From contig JACPWG010000096.1 in NCBI GenBank assembly GCA_016197205.1, positions 29,902 to 93,901 of the forward strand: a stretch of 64,000 bases of DNA. Reading direction: 5' to 3'. This DNA is from Planctomycetota bacterium. Its GTDB lineage: Bacteria; Planctomycetota; MHYJ01; WSZJ01; JACPWG01. Shown piece after piece: positions 47,035-56,937 of this stretch. Under the pieces are notes generated by a model. The model was not told the origin of the DNA. It saw nothing but the letters and a program-made list of their open reading frames with translations, and searched no databases. Both the position numbers and the translations under genes were made by a program. Position 1 is the first letter of the stretch. Every line of letters starts with the position of its first letter.

Positions 47035-49314
47035 ATGACGCCTCCCCAGCCGAACCCCAATCTGCCCGTCGCGGCTTGTTCCCCCGCGCCTCCACCGGCG
47101 GGCTCTGTCGCCGACCACCCGCTCTGGCGGGCCATCTGCGCCTACGCTCGCGGTCCGGAGATCGCCCGCCTTCGGTATGTCGGTTTTCGCCTACAAAAAA
47201 AAGGTCCGCCCAGCCTCCCCATCGAGGAGGTCTTCGTCCCGCCCGAGGTGGAGCTGATGGTGCGCGGCTTGGCGCATGAGGCGGCCGAGAAGCCCGCGAG
47301 CCCGCGGAGCGACTCGACCTCGCCGGCGCCAACGAACAAGCCCTGGGCGGGGCACACGCCGGAGCGGTTGGTCTCGGCGTCCTTTGTCGACGTGTTTCGC
47401 GAATCGCGAGGCGTCGTCCTTCTGGGGGGGCCTGGCTCGGGCAAGACCACGGTCGTGCGTCGCCTTGCGACCGCCGCCGCGGCGGGGGCGCCGGCGTTGG
47501 AGGCTGCGTTCGGGGTGCGGGAGGAGCTGCTACCGTTGCCCGTCAGCGTCGGACTGCTCGCCGAACATCGGCGGCGGTCGGCCGTCGGCATCACGGTAGT
47601 TGACGCGATGGCGCCGTACCTCGCCGCACGCTGCGCCGCACGCGAGCCGGAGCTCCACGCCTTTCTCGAAGACCGGCTTGCGAGCGGCGCATGCCTGGTG
47701 CTCCTGGACGGCCTGGACGAAGTCCACCGCGAGGAGCGCAGGGCCGTGTCCCAATGGCTGGAGGGCTTTGCGAACCGTTACCCGGCAAATCGATTCGTCG
47801 TCACCTCCCGCGTCGTCGGGTATGCGCACTTCCGCTTGCCGAGCGGGGTCGAGGTGACGCTCCGCGCATTCAGTGACGCGCAAGTCAAGGCCTTCGTCAG
47901 GAGCTACTTTCGCGCTTGCTGGGCCTGGGAGAACGAAGATCCGGCCGGGTCGGGGTCGGAGACGGCAGCGATGGACTTTTTGGCCGCCCTCCGGGCCAAC
48001 CCGCGCATGGCGGGGCTTGCCCGAAGTCCCTTCCTCCTGTCGGCCCTCGCGCTCGTCCACCGTGCCGAGGGGAAGCTGCCGCGTCATCGGGTGGCGGCCT
48101 ACGACATGTTCGCTCGCGCCCTGTGCGAAACCTGGGACGAGGCGCGACGCCTGTCCCCTGTGTCCCCCGGTACGGGGGCGACCGCGACCGCGTCCGTGTC
48201 GTACGAGGAGGAGGCGATCCCCATCCTCGGAGAGCTGGCGATCCGAATGCACGAACGGTATCCGGCCGGCATCGCCCCCGATGAGTTTGTCCGGCGAACC
48301 CTGGAGCAGGCCCTCCGCGAGCGGGTGGGCCTGTCAGAAGCCGACGCGCGCCCGGCGGTGGACCGATTCCTGAGCTTGGTCACGGAGCGCTCGCCGATTT
48401 TGCAGGAGCGCGGACCCGGGAACTGGGGATTCTTCCACCTGACCTTTCAGGAGTTCTTCGCTGCCCTGGGACTGCACTACCAGGACCGCTTCGAGACCGT
48501 TGCCTGGGAGCATCTGTTTCACGCCCGTTGGCGCGAGGTGATTCGGCTTGGCCTCGGGTATCAGGCTATCGTGCAGAAGCGTGGGCGGGCGACGCAGACT
48601 TTCGTCGAGCGTGTGTGGAGGCAGGGGCGGGACTCCCAGCGGCCATGGGTGACAGAAGTCTTGAGGAAGCACGTCCCGCTTGCGGTGCTCCTCGCCGCGG
48701 AGGCGGGGGACGCGCTCTCCCCAAACGTTCAACAGGGGTTGGTGCACGATTTCGTGCAATGGGCGCCCCTGCGGCACCCCGAGATTTCGAGCTCCCTGAT
48801 GACAGACCTCGCCCAGAGTGTCCTTAGGGAGCAAATCGTGAGGCTCTTCCCCTTCGATCCCTGCTATCCCAACGTGCAACGCCTCCACTACCTGGAAGAC
48901 TATGCTCGTGAGCCAGGCGACCGCCCACGCGCCTCTAGAGTAGTCAGCGTATTGACAATCAATGCAGGGGGTAACACGCTCTGGGTGTCCGAGAATGAGG
49001 TGAATGAGGCCTTGAGTGCTGTTCGCCCAGGGAGCACGGCCATTTGCACTGCGCGGAACGCGCTGGCTGCCGCGATCGAGCCTCAGGAGAAGATTGTTGC
49101 AGCGCTGATCCTTGCCCGTCTGGGCGGATTGGAAGCTGTGCCGGGCCTCCTCGATCTCCTCAACTCGGACCACGAAGTGCTTCGGAACGGTGGTGTTTGG
49201 ATTCTCGGTGAGTTGGCCGCCGAGGTCGCCGTGCCCGCTCTCTTGGGGCCAGCAAAGGCCGGGGATCAGGACGCGCTCGCCGCCCTCTGGAAGATCTCCG
49301 AGGCCCTGGAATAG
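47035..49314 (+). CDS. NACHT-domain NTPase (bacterial STAND) with C-terminal HEAT repeats and only a short N-terminal segment.
   Basis: Walker A is LLGGPGSGKTT. Walker B is LVLLDGLDEV. Sensor-1 is FVVTSR. The C-terminal repeats read ILARLGGLEAVPGLLDLLNSDHEVLRNGGVWILGEL. Confidence 0.8.
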   Translation: MTPPQPNPNLPVAACSPAPPPAGSVADHPLWRAICAYARGPEIARLRYVGFRLQKKGPPSLPIEEVFVPPEVELMVRGLAHEAAEKPASPRSDSTSPAPTNKPWAGHTPERLVSASFVDVFRESRGVVLLGGPGSGKTTVVRRLATAAAAGAPALEAAFGVREELLPLPVSVGLLAEHRRRSAVGITVVDAMAPYLAARCAAREPELHAFLEDRLASGACLVLLDGLDEVHREERRAVSQWLEGFANRYPANRFVVTSRVVGYAHFRLPSGVEVTLRAFSDAQVKAFVRSYFRACWAWENEDPAGSGSETAAMDFLAALRANPRMAGLARSPFLLSALALVHRAEGKLPRHRVAAYDMFARALCETWDEARRLSPVSPGTGATATASVSYEEEAIPILGELAIRMHERYPAGIAPDEFVRRTLEQALRERVGLSEADARPAVDRFLSLVTERSPILQERGPGNWGFFHLTFQEFFAALGLHYQDRFETVAWEHLFHARWREVIRLGLGYQAIVQKRGRATQTFVERVWRQGRDSQRPWVTEVLRKHVPLAVLLAAEAGDALSPNVQQGLVHDFVQWAPLRHPEISSSLMTDLAQSVLREQIVRLFPFDPCYPNVQRLHYLEDYAREPGDRPRASRVVSVLTINAGGNTLWVSENEVNEALSAVRPGSTAICTARNALAAAIEPQEKIVAALILARLGGLEAVPGLLDLLNSDHEVLRNGGVWILGELAAEVAVPALLGPAKAGDQDALAALWKISEALE

Positions 49315-49318
49315 CCGG

Positions 49319-49978
49319 TCACCGCCGCCGCGATAGCCGAAACACTCCCACGAATTCGCCGTCGTCGCTGCGGACCTTGCGCAACGCCTCAGCGATCTGG
49401 CGCAGGTCCCGCGCATGCCGCGCCTCCCCGTGAAGCGCCGGCCGCGCCCGCAGTTGTGCTCGCAACTCACGCGCCTGCCTCCGGAGATCCCGGTAGGCGC
49501 GCCATCGCTCGGCCCGGCGGCTGGCGAGCACCTCCCGGTTCAAGTCGAGCCCGTCCGGAGCGACCGTCTCCTTTCCTGCCCCGTCAATGCCGACGAGCGT
49601 GATGAGCCCCATGCCACCCCGAACCTCCCGAGCGCGCAGGTGGATGGCGGGGTCGAAGCCCGCAGCGCAGGGGTCGAGGGGATGACGACATGCGTCCTTG
49701 CTCCTCCCGTTCATCACTTCCTTGATTTGGTTACACCCGTGACAGGACAGCCGGAGATTTTGCCAGTCGAATTCATGCTCTGGCCAAAGTCCCACGCCCT
49801 TGGGCAGGTAGTGTTCCCGCTCCGGGGAGTCCGTTTCGCTCTCGCAATACGCGCACTTGTTCCGGAATATCCCCAGGAGCCACCGCAGCACAGGCTTCTC
49901 GGGGTAGTCGTCCATCCTTCCACTCGCCAGTACCGCGAGGGCCTCCGCGGGTGGCGGTCCCAGCGTTACTGGCCTCAT
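49319..49978 (-). CDS. HNH endonuclease of the Septu PtuB-like family (associated with AAA_21-type ATPases).
   Basis: The motifs CAYCE...EHYLPKG...W.NLRLSCHGCNQIK are present. The ATGA overlap links it to the upstream ATPase. Confidence 0.7.
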   Translation of the reverse strand: MRPVTLGPPPAEALAVLASGRMDDYPEKPVLRWLLGIFRNKCAYCESETDSPEREHYLPKGVGLWPEHEFDWQNLRLSCHGCNQIKEVMNGRSKDACRHPLDPCAAGFDPAIHLRAREVRGGMGLITLVGIDGAGKETVAPDGLDLNREVLASRRAERWRAYRDLRRQARELRAQLRARPALHGEARHARDLRQIAEALRKVRSDDGEFVGVFRLSRRR

Positions 49979-51306
49979 GGTGTCCCCGCGCCACTCATCG
50001 GAGGGAGCTGCTCCGGCGGGCTGAGAGTCTCAAGCTGCCCCTCCCACTCGTCGATCCGCCGCTGCTGCTCCGCCGTCGGGGTGGCGTCCCCGATCTCCGC
50101 CAGGAGTGCGGACAGCTTCCCGAAGACCTCCATCACCTTCACGGGCAGGTCCGACACGCCGAAGAGGTCGGTGATGATGCGGCTGATGGTCTTCGCCAGC
50201 GGCGCCCCGGTGTCCGAGCGCACGGTTTCACAGGTGACGCCGTCCTTCGCACGAACCAACCGATGGACGCGATACGAGCGGTTCAGGCCGACCAGCCCCG
50301 TGAGGACCAGTGGCGAGTGCGTCGCCACGATGAACTGCGCGTTGGGCAACAAGCTGGAGAGCCGGGGAATGACCTGCCGTTGCCAGCTCGGGTGAAGGTG
50401 CGCGTCGAGCTCGTCGATCAGGACGATGGCCGGCGCCTCGAAGGCCTCCTCCCGAGGCTGAGGCTGGGAGTAGAGGACCCCCTCCGCGACGCGCAAGGCC
50501 AGCGCCAGGATCGCCTGTTCCCCATCCGAGAGCATGTGGAAGGGGAGTTCCGCGTGCGGGCCGCGGATCATTACGTGTCCGACCTGCGTGTGGAACGGGA
50601 GCAATTCGTACCCAGGGAGTAGCCTTCGAATCGCGGCTTGATAGGCAGTGAATTCGCGCAGGCACTCCGACCGCCCTTCCTTATCGTCGATCACTTGGCG
50701 CATGTATGCCGCGACCACGGAGCTCAGTGGGCCCGCAGCGCTGTCGGTACCGTTGAGCGCGCGATTGTAATTCTCCGATCTCACCGCGACGAGGCGTGGC
50801 GGCAGCACGTATTTCGCCTCCATCCGACCTGTCTGTAATCCTGCGGGCCGGATCGACGGCACGAAAACGAAGGGTGTGGTCGCTTGGGCGCCCTCGGCCG
50901 GCTCTAGCGGACCCGCTCGGGAGGATGTGCGCGTGCTGTCGAAGCCGTACTCCGAGAGGAGAGTCGTTTCGCTTCCCTGCGCCAAGGTCTCGCGCATCGT
51001 GAACCACGCGCTCTTGGCCCCTCCGGCCATCATGGTACTCACCTGGTGGCCCGTAACGTCGGGCAGGTCCTCGAGGCGACCCTCGAGCCGCGCGAAGACC
51101 TCGGCTGTGGTCATGCCCGCCCGCATGAGCGATTCAGGGTACTGCTGGCTCGCAAGGCCGCGGTTCAGATAGATCGCGAGCAAGCGCAGGATCGTGCTCT
51201 TCCCCGACCCGTTGTCACCGATGAGGACGTTCCAGGCGGGGTCAAGATCGAGGGTTGCGCGACCGACGCACTTGAGGTTGGTGAGTTCCAGGCTGGCGAA
51301 GCGCAA
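49975..51306 (-). CDS. ATPase of the AAA_21/ABC-type (Septu PtuA-like).
   Basis: Walker A is GDNGSGKST. LSDGEQ and the Walker B IVLIDELDAHLHP are present. The H-loop is ATHSP. The likely TTG start at 51306 gives MRFASLELTNLKCV, and GGAGAG lies 5 nt upstream. A GTG at 51384 is an alternative start. Confidence 0.7.
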   Translation of the reverse strand: MRFASLELTNLKCVGRATLDLDPAWNVLIGDNGSGKSTILRLLAIYLNRGLASQQYPESLMRAGMTTAEVFARLEGRLEDLPDVTGHQVSTMMAGGAKSAWFTMRETLAQGSETTLLSEYGFDSTRTSSRAGPLEPAEGAQATTPFVFVPSIRPAGLQTGRMEAKYVLPPRLVAVRSENYNRALNGTDSAAGPLSSVVAAYMRQVIDDKEGRSECLREFTAYQAAIRRLLPGYELLPFHTQVGHVMIRGPHAELPFHMLSDGEQAILALALRVAEGVLYSQPQPREEAFEAPAIVLIDELDAHLHPSWQRQVIPRLSSLLPNAQFIVATHSPLVLTGLVGLNRSYRVHRLVRAKDGVTCETVRSDTGAPLAKTISRIITDLFGVSDLPVKVMEVFGKLSALLAEIGDATPTAEQQRRIDEWEGQLETLSPPEQLPPMSGAGTP

Positions 51307-51426
51307 GGGGGCTCTCCGAAACGTGTGGATTCGCGGACAGCACGGACCCGGGGAGCGCGTGGCCCGTGGACGGAATTTGAACACGGTCCTCAGCCGAGTT
51401 ACGGCAAGCCGTAGCTCTGGTGGCCG

Positions 51427-51457
51427 TTCGCGCGGGCCGGAGGCCCGCGCCCCCAGG
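51427..51457. repeat. REP-like palindrome, copy 3 (inverted), lying upstream of the PtuA-like ATPase.
   Basis: Its reverse complement matches 46868..46898. Confidence 0.6.
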
Positions 51458-51691
51458 AAGGGCGTCTGGAATTCGTGAATGGGGCAGTAGGAATTCGATG
51501 CTTGCTCCGCGAGTCTAACCTATCGAACGCGTGGAAACAAGCCGAACGTCCTCGATCGCGTGCGACTTTGATTCGTCGATCGTTGCGCTCGGCGGGAGAA
51601 TGTTGCAAAATAGCGGCACGAGGTCAGCCGCCGGGAATTTGCCGGAGTGTCGCGGCGGATACCCACCCCGGTCCTTTGAGGCGCTTCTCGC

Positions 51692-53779
51692 GTGACGGAA
51701 CACAAGCACACCAACCGGCTCGTCCGGGAGACGAGCCCGTACCTCCTCCAGCACGCCCACAACCCGGTGGACTGGTACGCCTGGGGGCCCGACGCGCTCG
51801 AAGCGGCGAAGAAGGCGGACAAGCCGATCTTCCTGTCCATCGGCTACAGCGCCTGCCACTGGTGCCACGTGATGGAGCGCGAGTCGTTCGAGAACGAGGA
51901 AACGGCCGCGCTCATGAACCGGCACTTCATCAACGTGAAGGTCGACCGCGAGGAGCGGCCGGACCTGGACGAGATCTACATGGGCGCGGTGCAGCTCCTG
52001 ACCGGGCGCGGGGGCTGGCCGATGTCGGTCTTCCTGCTGCCGGACCTGCGCCCGTTTTTCGGCGGGACGTATTTCCCGCCCCGCGACGGAATGGGCATGC
52101 CCGGCTTTCCGACCGTGCTGGAGCAAATCGCGCGTGCCTTCAAGGCTCGTCGACTGGAGCTTGGGCAGAGCGCGGAAAAGATCGTCGAGGCGGTCCGCGA
52201 CATGTGCGCGATTCAAGGCGAGCCGGGGGCGGTGGACGCCTCCCTGCTCGACCGCGCATGCGAGGGACTCGTCAAGGGCTTCGACCGCGAGCACGGCGGC
52301 TTCGGCCACGCGCCGAAGTTCCCTCCGAGCATGGAACTGAACCTGCTCCTGCGGCGGCATCGGCGCGGCCGCGACGCGCGCTACCTCGAGGTCGTGGAGA
52401 CGACGCTCGACCGCATGGCCCGGGGCGGCATGTACGACCAGGTCGGCGGCGGCTTTTGCCGCTACTCGACCGACGAGCGCTGGCTCGTGCCGCACTTCGA
52501 GAAGATGCTCTACGACAACAGCCTCCTCGCCCGCACCTACCTCGCCGCCTGGCAGGCGACCGGCAAGCCTTTCTACGCCCGGGTCGCTCGGGAAACGTTG
52601 GACTACGTGCTGCGCGACATGAGCCGCGCCGGAGGCGGGTTCTTTTCGGCGGAGGACGCGGACAGCGAGGGCGTCGAGGGCAAGTTCTACGTATGGGAGC
52701 CCGCCGAAGTCCTCTCGCTCCTCGGCGACGAAGACGGCCGGCTCTTTTGCGAGTTCTACGACATCACGCGCGAGGGGAACTTCGAAGAGAAGAACATCCC
52801 CAATGTCCCGACGCCCATCGAGGAGTTCGCCCGTGCCCGGAAGCTGGACGCCGAGACGCTCGTGGCGCGACTCGACGCCGGGCGCGCGAAGCTGCTGACG
52901 GCGCGTGCGCGGCGCGTGCGGCCCGGGCTGGACGACAAGCTCCTGACGAGCTGGAACGCGCTCATGGTGCGCAGCATGGCGGCCGGCTGGCAGATCCTGG
53001 GCGACCGCCGGTATCTCGACGCGGCGATTGCGACCAGCCGCTTCCTGCTCGACACGCTGCTCAAGGACGGCCGGCTGCTCGTGACGTGGCGGGCCGGCCA
53101 GGCGAAGCTGAACGCCTACCTCGACGACTACGCCTTCCTCCTCGCCGCGCTCCTCGACCTCTACGAGTCGACGTTCGACCGCGTGTGGCTGGACGAGGCG
53201 CTCCGCCTGAACCGCACCGTCCTCGAACGCTTTTGGGACGCGAAGGAGGGCGGGTTCTTCTTCACCTCGGATGATCACGAAACGCTGCTCGCGCGCACCA
53301 AGGCCCCATATGATGGCGTGATCCCTTCGGGGAATTCCGAGATGGCCATGAACCTGCTGCGGCTGTCGCTCCTGACGGGGGACGCGGACCTGAGGGAGCG
53401 GGCCGGGCGGATCCTCTCGCTCTTCCACGAGAGCATGGCCTCCTCCCCGCGCGGCTTCGCGAACATGCTCTGCGCGCTGGATTTTTTCCTCGGCCCGACG
53501 ACCGAGGTCGCGCTGGCCGGGCCCGCGGGTTCCGCCGAAGTCGAGGGTTTCCTGCGCGCCATCCACGGACGCTACCTGCCGAACCGTGTGCTCGCGTTGA
53601 CGGACCCCGGCGACCCCGGCGCCGCCGACCTGGAGCGGACCGTTCCACTCCTCGCAGGCAAGCGGCTCGCGGACGGCAAGCCGGCGGCGTACGTCTGCAC
53701 CGCGAGCACGTGCAGCCTGCCGGTGACGAGCGTGGAGAAGCTGGCGGAGCAGCTCGAGGCCGGAGGGGGCGGGGAGTGA
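51692..53779 (+). CDS. Thioredoxin-domain protein of the YyaL/DUF255 family (thioredoxin-like plus six-hairpin glycosidase-like fold).
   Basis: The conserved N-terminus is [55 protein letters not shown]. Confidence 0.85.
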   Translation: MTEHKHTNRLVRETSPYLLQHAHNPVDWYAWGPDALEAAKKADKPIFLSIGYSACHWCHVMERESFENEETAALMNRHFINVKVDREERPDLDEIYMGAVQLLTGRGGWPMSVFLLPDLRPFFGGTYFPPRDGMGMPGFPTVLEQIARAFKARRLELGQSAEKIVEAVRDMCAIQGEPGAVDASLLDRACEGLVKGFDREHGGFGHAPKFPPSMELNLLLRRHRRGRDARYLEVVETTLDRMARGGMYDQVGGGFCRYSTDERWLVPHFEKMLYDNSLLARTYLAAWQATGKPFYARVARETLDYVLRDMSRAGGGFFSAEDADSEGVEGKFYVWEPAEVLSLLGDEDGRLFCEFYDITREGNFEEKNIPNVPTPIEEFARARKLDAETLVARLDAGRAKLLTARARRVRPGLDDKLLTSWNALMVRSMAAGWQILGDRRYLDAAIATSRFLLDTLLKDGRLLVTWRAGQAKLNAYLDDYAFLLAALLDLYESTFDRVWLDEALRLNRTVLERFWDAKEGGFFFTSDDHETLLARTKAPYDGVIPSGNSEMAMNLLRLSLLTGDADLRERAGRILSLFHESMASSPRGFANMLCALDFFLGPTTEVALAGPAGSAEVEGFLRAIHGRYLPNRVLALTDPGDPGAADLERTVPLLAGKRLADGKPAAYVCTASTCSLPVTSVEKLAEQLEAGGGGE

Positions 53780-53823
53780 GGGGGAGCCGCCCTTGGAGAA
53801 CGAAGCAGGGCGCGCCCACGATC

Positions 53824-53866
53824 GAAAAAAAGACGGCGACGGGCCCGCGCGCGCGGACCCGTCGCC
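53824..53866 (-). terminator. Rho-independent terminator for the His/Cys lipoprotein gene.
   Basis: The stem GGCGACGGG..CCCGTCGCC is followed by T7 on the minus strand. Confidence 0.6.
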
Positions 53867-53919
53867 GGACGATCAACGTTCCGAACAAGTCCGCCGTGCG
53901 CGGCTCGCTCGACTGCGCC

Positions 53920-54705
53920 TCAGTGGTGTTTCTTCTTTCCCCTCAGGTCGATCGTCACGGTCCATTGACCATTTGCGAAGAAGTGCCCGCACCCCGGTCC
54001 ATGCACGTGGCTCTCGACGAGCACCCACTTGCCGCACCCGGCGTCGTAGCAGTGACCGCACTCGGCGCTGTGGACGTGCCCGACGGGGATTTCGACGTAG
54101 AGCCCCGGGATCGCGACTTCGACGGCCGGTTCGTCGACCACGACGGCCCACTGGCCGTCCAGGAACACGTGGCCGCAACCCGCGCCGTGGACATGGCCCG
54201 CCTGGAGCAGCCAGGCGTGCCCGTCCCAGTAGTGGCCGCATGCGGCCGAATGGACGTGCACCGCCGGTACGCTCACGCCTACTTCCAGGGAAGGGGCGCC
54301 GAGCGAGAGCGTCCACTGGCCGTTCACGAAGTAGTGTCCGCAGCTCGGCCCGTGTACGTGCTGGGCCAGCACGACCCAGCCGTGGCCGTCCCAGCAATGT
54401 CCGCAAGTGGCGCTGTGGGCGTGACCCAGGGGAACTGTGACGTACGCCGACGGGAGGGTGACGGCCACCGTGGGCGCCCCGACGGCGAGTATCCATCGGC
54501 CGTCACTGTAGAAGTGGCCGCACCCGGGCCCGTGCGCGTGATTCGCGATCACGACCCACCCATGTCCGTCCCAGTAGTGTCCGCACGTCGCCGTGTGCAC
54601 GTGCCCCTCGACGAGTATGTGCGGTCCGTCGACGGTCGCGGTACAGCCGGCGAGCGCGAGCGCCAGCCCGATCCAGACAACCAGTACACTTGTACACTTG
54701 AGCAT
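53920..54705 (-). CDS. His/Cys-rich lipoprotein built from eight 29-aa units (HxH-x3-CGH-x4-GxW). It is a putative metal-binding protein.
   Basis: AGGAGG RBS. The lipobox is LALALAGC. The repeats read HVHTATCGHYWDGHGWVV / HAHGPGCGHFYSDGRW and so on. Confidence 0.65.
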   Translation of the reverse strand: MLKCTSVLVVWIGLALALAGCTATVDGPHILVEGHVHTATCGHYWDGHGWVVIANHAHGPGCGHFYSDGRWILAVGAPTVAVTLPSAYVTVPLGHAHSATCGHCWDGHGWVVLAQHVHGPSCGHYFVNGQWTLSLGAPSLEVGVSVPAVHVHSAACGHYWDGHAWLLQAGHVHGAGCGHVFLDGQWAVVVDEPAVEVAIPGLYVEIPVGHVHSAECGHCYDAGCGKWVLVESHVHGPGCGHFFANGQWTVTIDLRGKKKHH

Positions 54706-55140
54706 GACTTCCTCCTGTCCTATGGGAGACGCTCCGCCCCGCTTCGAGCCCATGCCCGGAGGGACGGTCGAAAGTTCGCCTGTCGCATCGCGGCTCATTT
54801 CCGTTGCCCTCCTGGTCCCTGTCCGGATTCTCCAGACTTCGTGGCCAGCAAGTTGAACATTAGAAAGCTGTTGTTACTGTATAATATATTCGATATTTGT
54901 GAAATGTCAATCAGAATGTGAGTGCGCAGAGTGCGCGAGGCCCGTCCGCAAGGTCTCTGCTCGAGCGGGCCCGCAAGGTCCTTTCGATGGGTGCGGTAGG
55001 GGCGCCCCTTGTGGGCGCCCAGCGGCGGACGCCGCTTGCGAGACCGGCGGGCACAACGCCCTACGCCTCGATGGGTGAGTAGGCTGCTTGCGGCCGGCAG
55101 CAGGGCGTAGGAGCCATCCTGAGAGGGCTGGCCCTGACTC

Positions 55141-55249
55141 CTGGAATGGTAGCAAACGCTGAACATTCGCGGAACGCCGACCTGCGTGTACTTCTGCTGA
55201 GTCGTGCCGCAGCCTGGAACGGTAGCAAACCCTGAACATTCGCGGAACG
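55141..55249. repeat. Two 36-bp direct repeats, CTGGAAYGGTAGCAAACSCTGAACATTCGCGGAACG, 73 bp apart, ending 37 nt upstream of the CPBP protease start.
   Basis: Direct reading. Possible paired operator sites or a duplicated small-RNA seed. Confidence 0.5.
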
Positions 55250-55285
55250 AGGCCAAACGGCCCTTCTGGAGACTGCAGGATCCGC

Positions 55286-56209
55286 ATGTCTGAAACCCTT
55301 GCAACATTTTTCACACGCGTGGATCTGGGAGTGCTCGCGGTCACTTTCTTGCCCCTGCTCTTGGCGCAAGTCGCGCTCGGGATCCCAAGGGCAGCCGCCT
55401 GGATCGAGGCGGCGCTGCGCGCTCGCGCGCGCGCGTGGGCATGGTGCGGCGGCGGCGTCGCCGCGCTCTTCCTGCTTGCCGGTCTTGCGGTGGGCAATTT
55501 CGATCCGTATGCGACCGCCATCGTCGCAGCCGGGACGCTGGCCGTGCTCGGCGTCCTCCGCGTCGTCCCGCGGGGCACTGCGTCGCTGACGGCAGCGGAT
55601 GCGGCGGCGTGGCTCTTGCTCTGGATCCCGTTCGATCTCCGGTGGGCGACTGCGCTCTGGCAGGGGCCGCGCGACATCGCCTACAACTGGCTCGCGGTCG
55701 CCGTCTCCGTCCTGGCCGTCGTCGGCTGGGGCGTGGTCCGCGGCCTGCCGGGGCTCGGCTACCGCCTCCTCCCGACACGCCGCGACGTCTCCTCCGCCTT
55801 CCTCGCCCTCCTCGGGCTCGCCGCGACCTGCATTCCGCTCGGACTCATTGTCGGGTTCCTCCACTTCCCGCCGACAAGATCCCCGCGCTGGGAGATGCTC
55901 CCGCTCCAGTTCGTCGGCCTCGTGCTGACGGTCGCCATCCCGGAGGAGCTGTTCTTTCGCGGCATTCTCGAAAACGGGCTGCGGCGCACGCTCTCCGCGC
56001 CTCGCCTCGCCGCCCCGCTGGCCTCCCTTGCCTTTGGCCTCATGCACTGGAACAACGCGCCCGACACCCGCGCGCGCGTCATCTATTGCTCGCTCGCCAC
56101 CGTCGCCGGCCTGTTCTACGGCTGGGCCTACCGGCGCTCCGGCAGCCTCGCCTCGGCGATCCTCGTGCACGCACTGGTCGACCTGCTCTGGGACGCCGCC
56201 TTGCGCTGA
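55286..56209 (+). CDS. Intramembrane glutamic endopeptidase of the CPBP (CAAX protease/Abi) family.
   Basis: EELFFRG, the FGLMH motif and the second His motif HALVDLL are present, with 7-8 transmembrane segments. Confidence 0.75.
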   Translation: MSETLATFFTRVDLGVLAVTFLPLLLAQVALGIPRAAAWIEAALRARARAWAWCGGGVAALFLLAGLAVGNFDPYATAIVAAGTLAVLGVLRVVPRGTASLTAADAAAWLLLWIPFDLRWATALWQGPRDIAYNWLAVAVSVLAVVGWGVVRGLPGLGYRLLPTRRDVSSAFLALLGLAATCIPLGLIVGFLHFPPTRSPRWEMLPLQFVGLVLTVAIPEELFFRGILENGLRRTLSAPRLAAPLASLAFGLMHWNNAPDTRARVIYCSLATVAGLFYGWAYRRSGSLASAILVHALVDLLWDAALR

Positions 56210-56357
56210 AGGACCGCAGGTTTCGCCGGACAGCAGCCCCGTTCTGGAAGGCCCGCGGTGATGGGAGCGGAGGCCAGCCCTTTCAGGGCGTTCGACTACT
56301 GTGAGCTGGAGGTTCGGCTGCCGGGTGCGGGAACGATCGGCCTTGCACCTATGATTT

Positions 56358-56575
56358 TCCGCCGGCCTCGAGCCCTTGTGGTGCAGGGCTTCCGCCCTGC
56401 ACCGACGGGACGCCCCGCGTGGAATTCGCAGAGCCTGTGGAGTGCGGGGGCGGCCAGAGAAGGTTGGGGAGGAGCTTCAGACTCTTCGTGCGAGAGCGGG
56501 TGCAGGGCGGACTCGTCCACCGAAGCGCCGCGCGCGAAGGCGGAAGCCCTGCACTACAAGGCCGGCTCAAGTCGC
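56358..56575. mobile_element. Solo MITE-like element with 29-bp terminal inverted repeats (CCGCCGGCCTCGAGCCCTTGTGGTGCAGG ... CCTGCACTACAAGG...).
   Basis: The same TIRs occur at 492..520 and 3625..3653 bracketing a 3.2-kb cassette. The internal sequence is related. Confidence 0.55.
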
Positions 56576-56633
56576 AGGGTCAAGTGAACAGACGGCTTGC
56601 GTCAGGCACCAGGGCGGCGCACTCACCTTGGAA

Positions 56634-56810
56634 GGGCTGGGGCAGAAGCCTATGCCGCCTTCGCTGCCTTCCTCGGCCAGAGCGCGCACGCGAGGCCCAC
56701 GGCGAGGTAGCAGCCGCAGGTGATGGCCCACGCGCTGGGCGCGAGCGCGCCCGCCGCGGCACGCAGCCCCTGCAACTCGCGGTTGGCGGCGCCGTGCGTT
56801 GCCGCGGCCC
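56634..56810. repeat. A roughly 175-bp direct repeat, copy 1. Copy 2 lies at 60541..60720 and is nearly identical.
   Basis: The two copies bracket the 3.7-kb decayed block (hsdR::IS66 remnant, orphan gene, TA pair, ATPase pseudogene). Confidence 0.6.
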
Positions 56811-56937
56811 TGTGCGCGTCGGGGAGGCGCCGCGAGAACGGTCGCGAAGCGGCCGAGGGCGCGCGTCTCCGTAGCAACGCGTCCCCTCCTACCACCTCAT
56901 TCCTGATCCGTCCCTTGCTGCATCGAGACGGGTGCGC

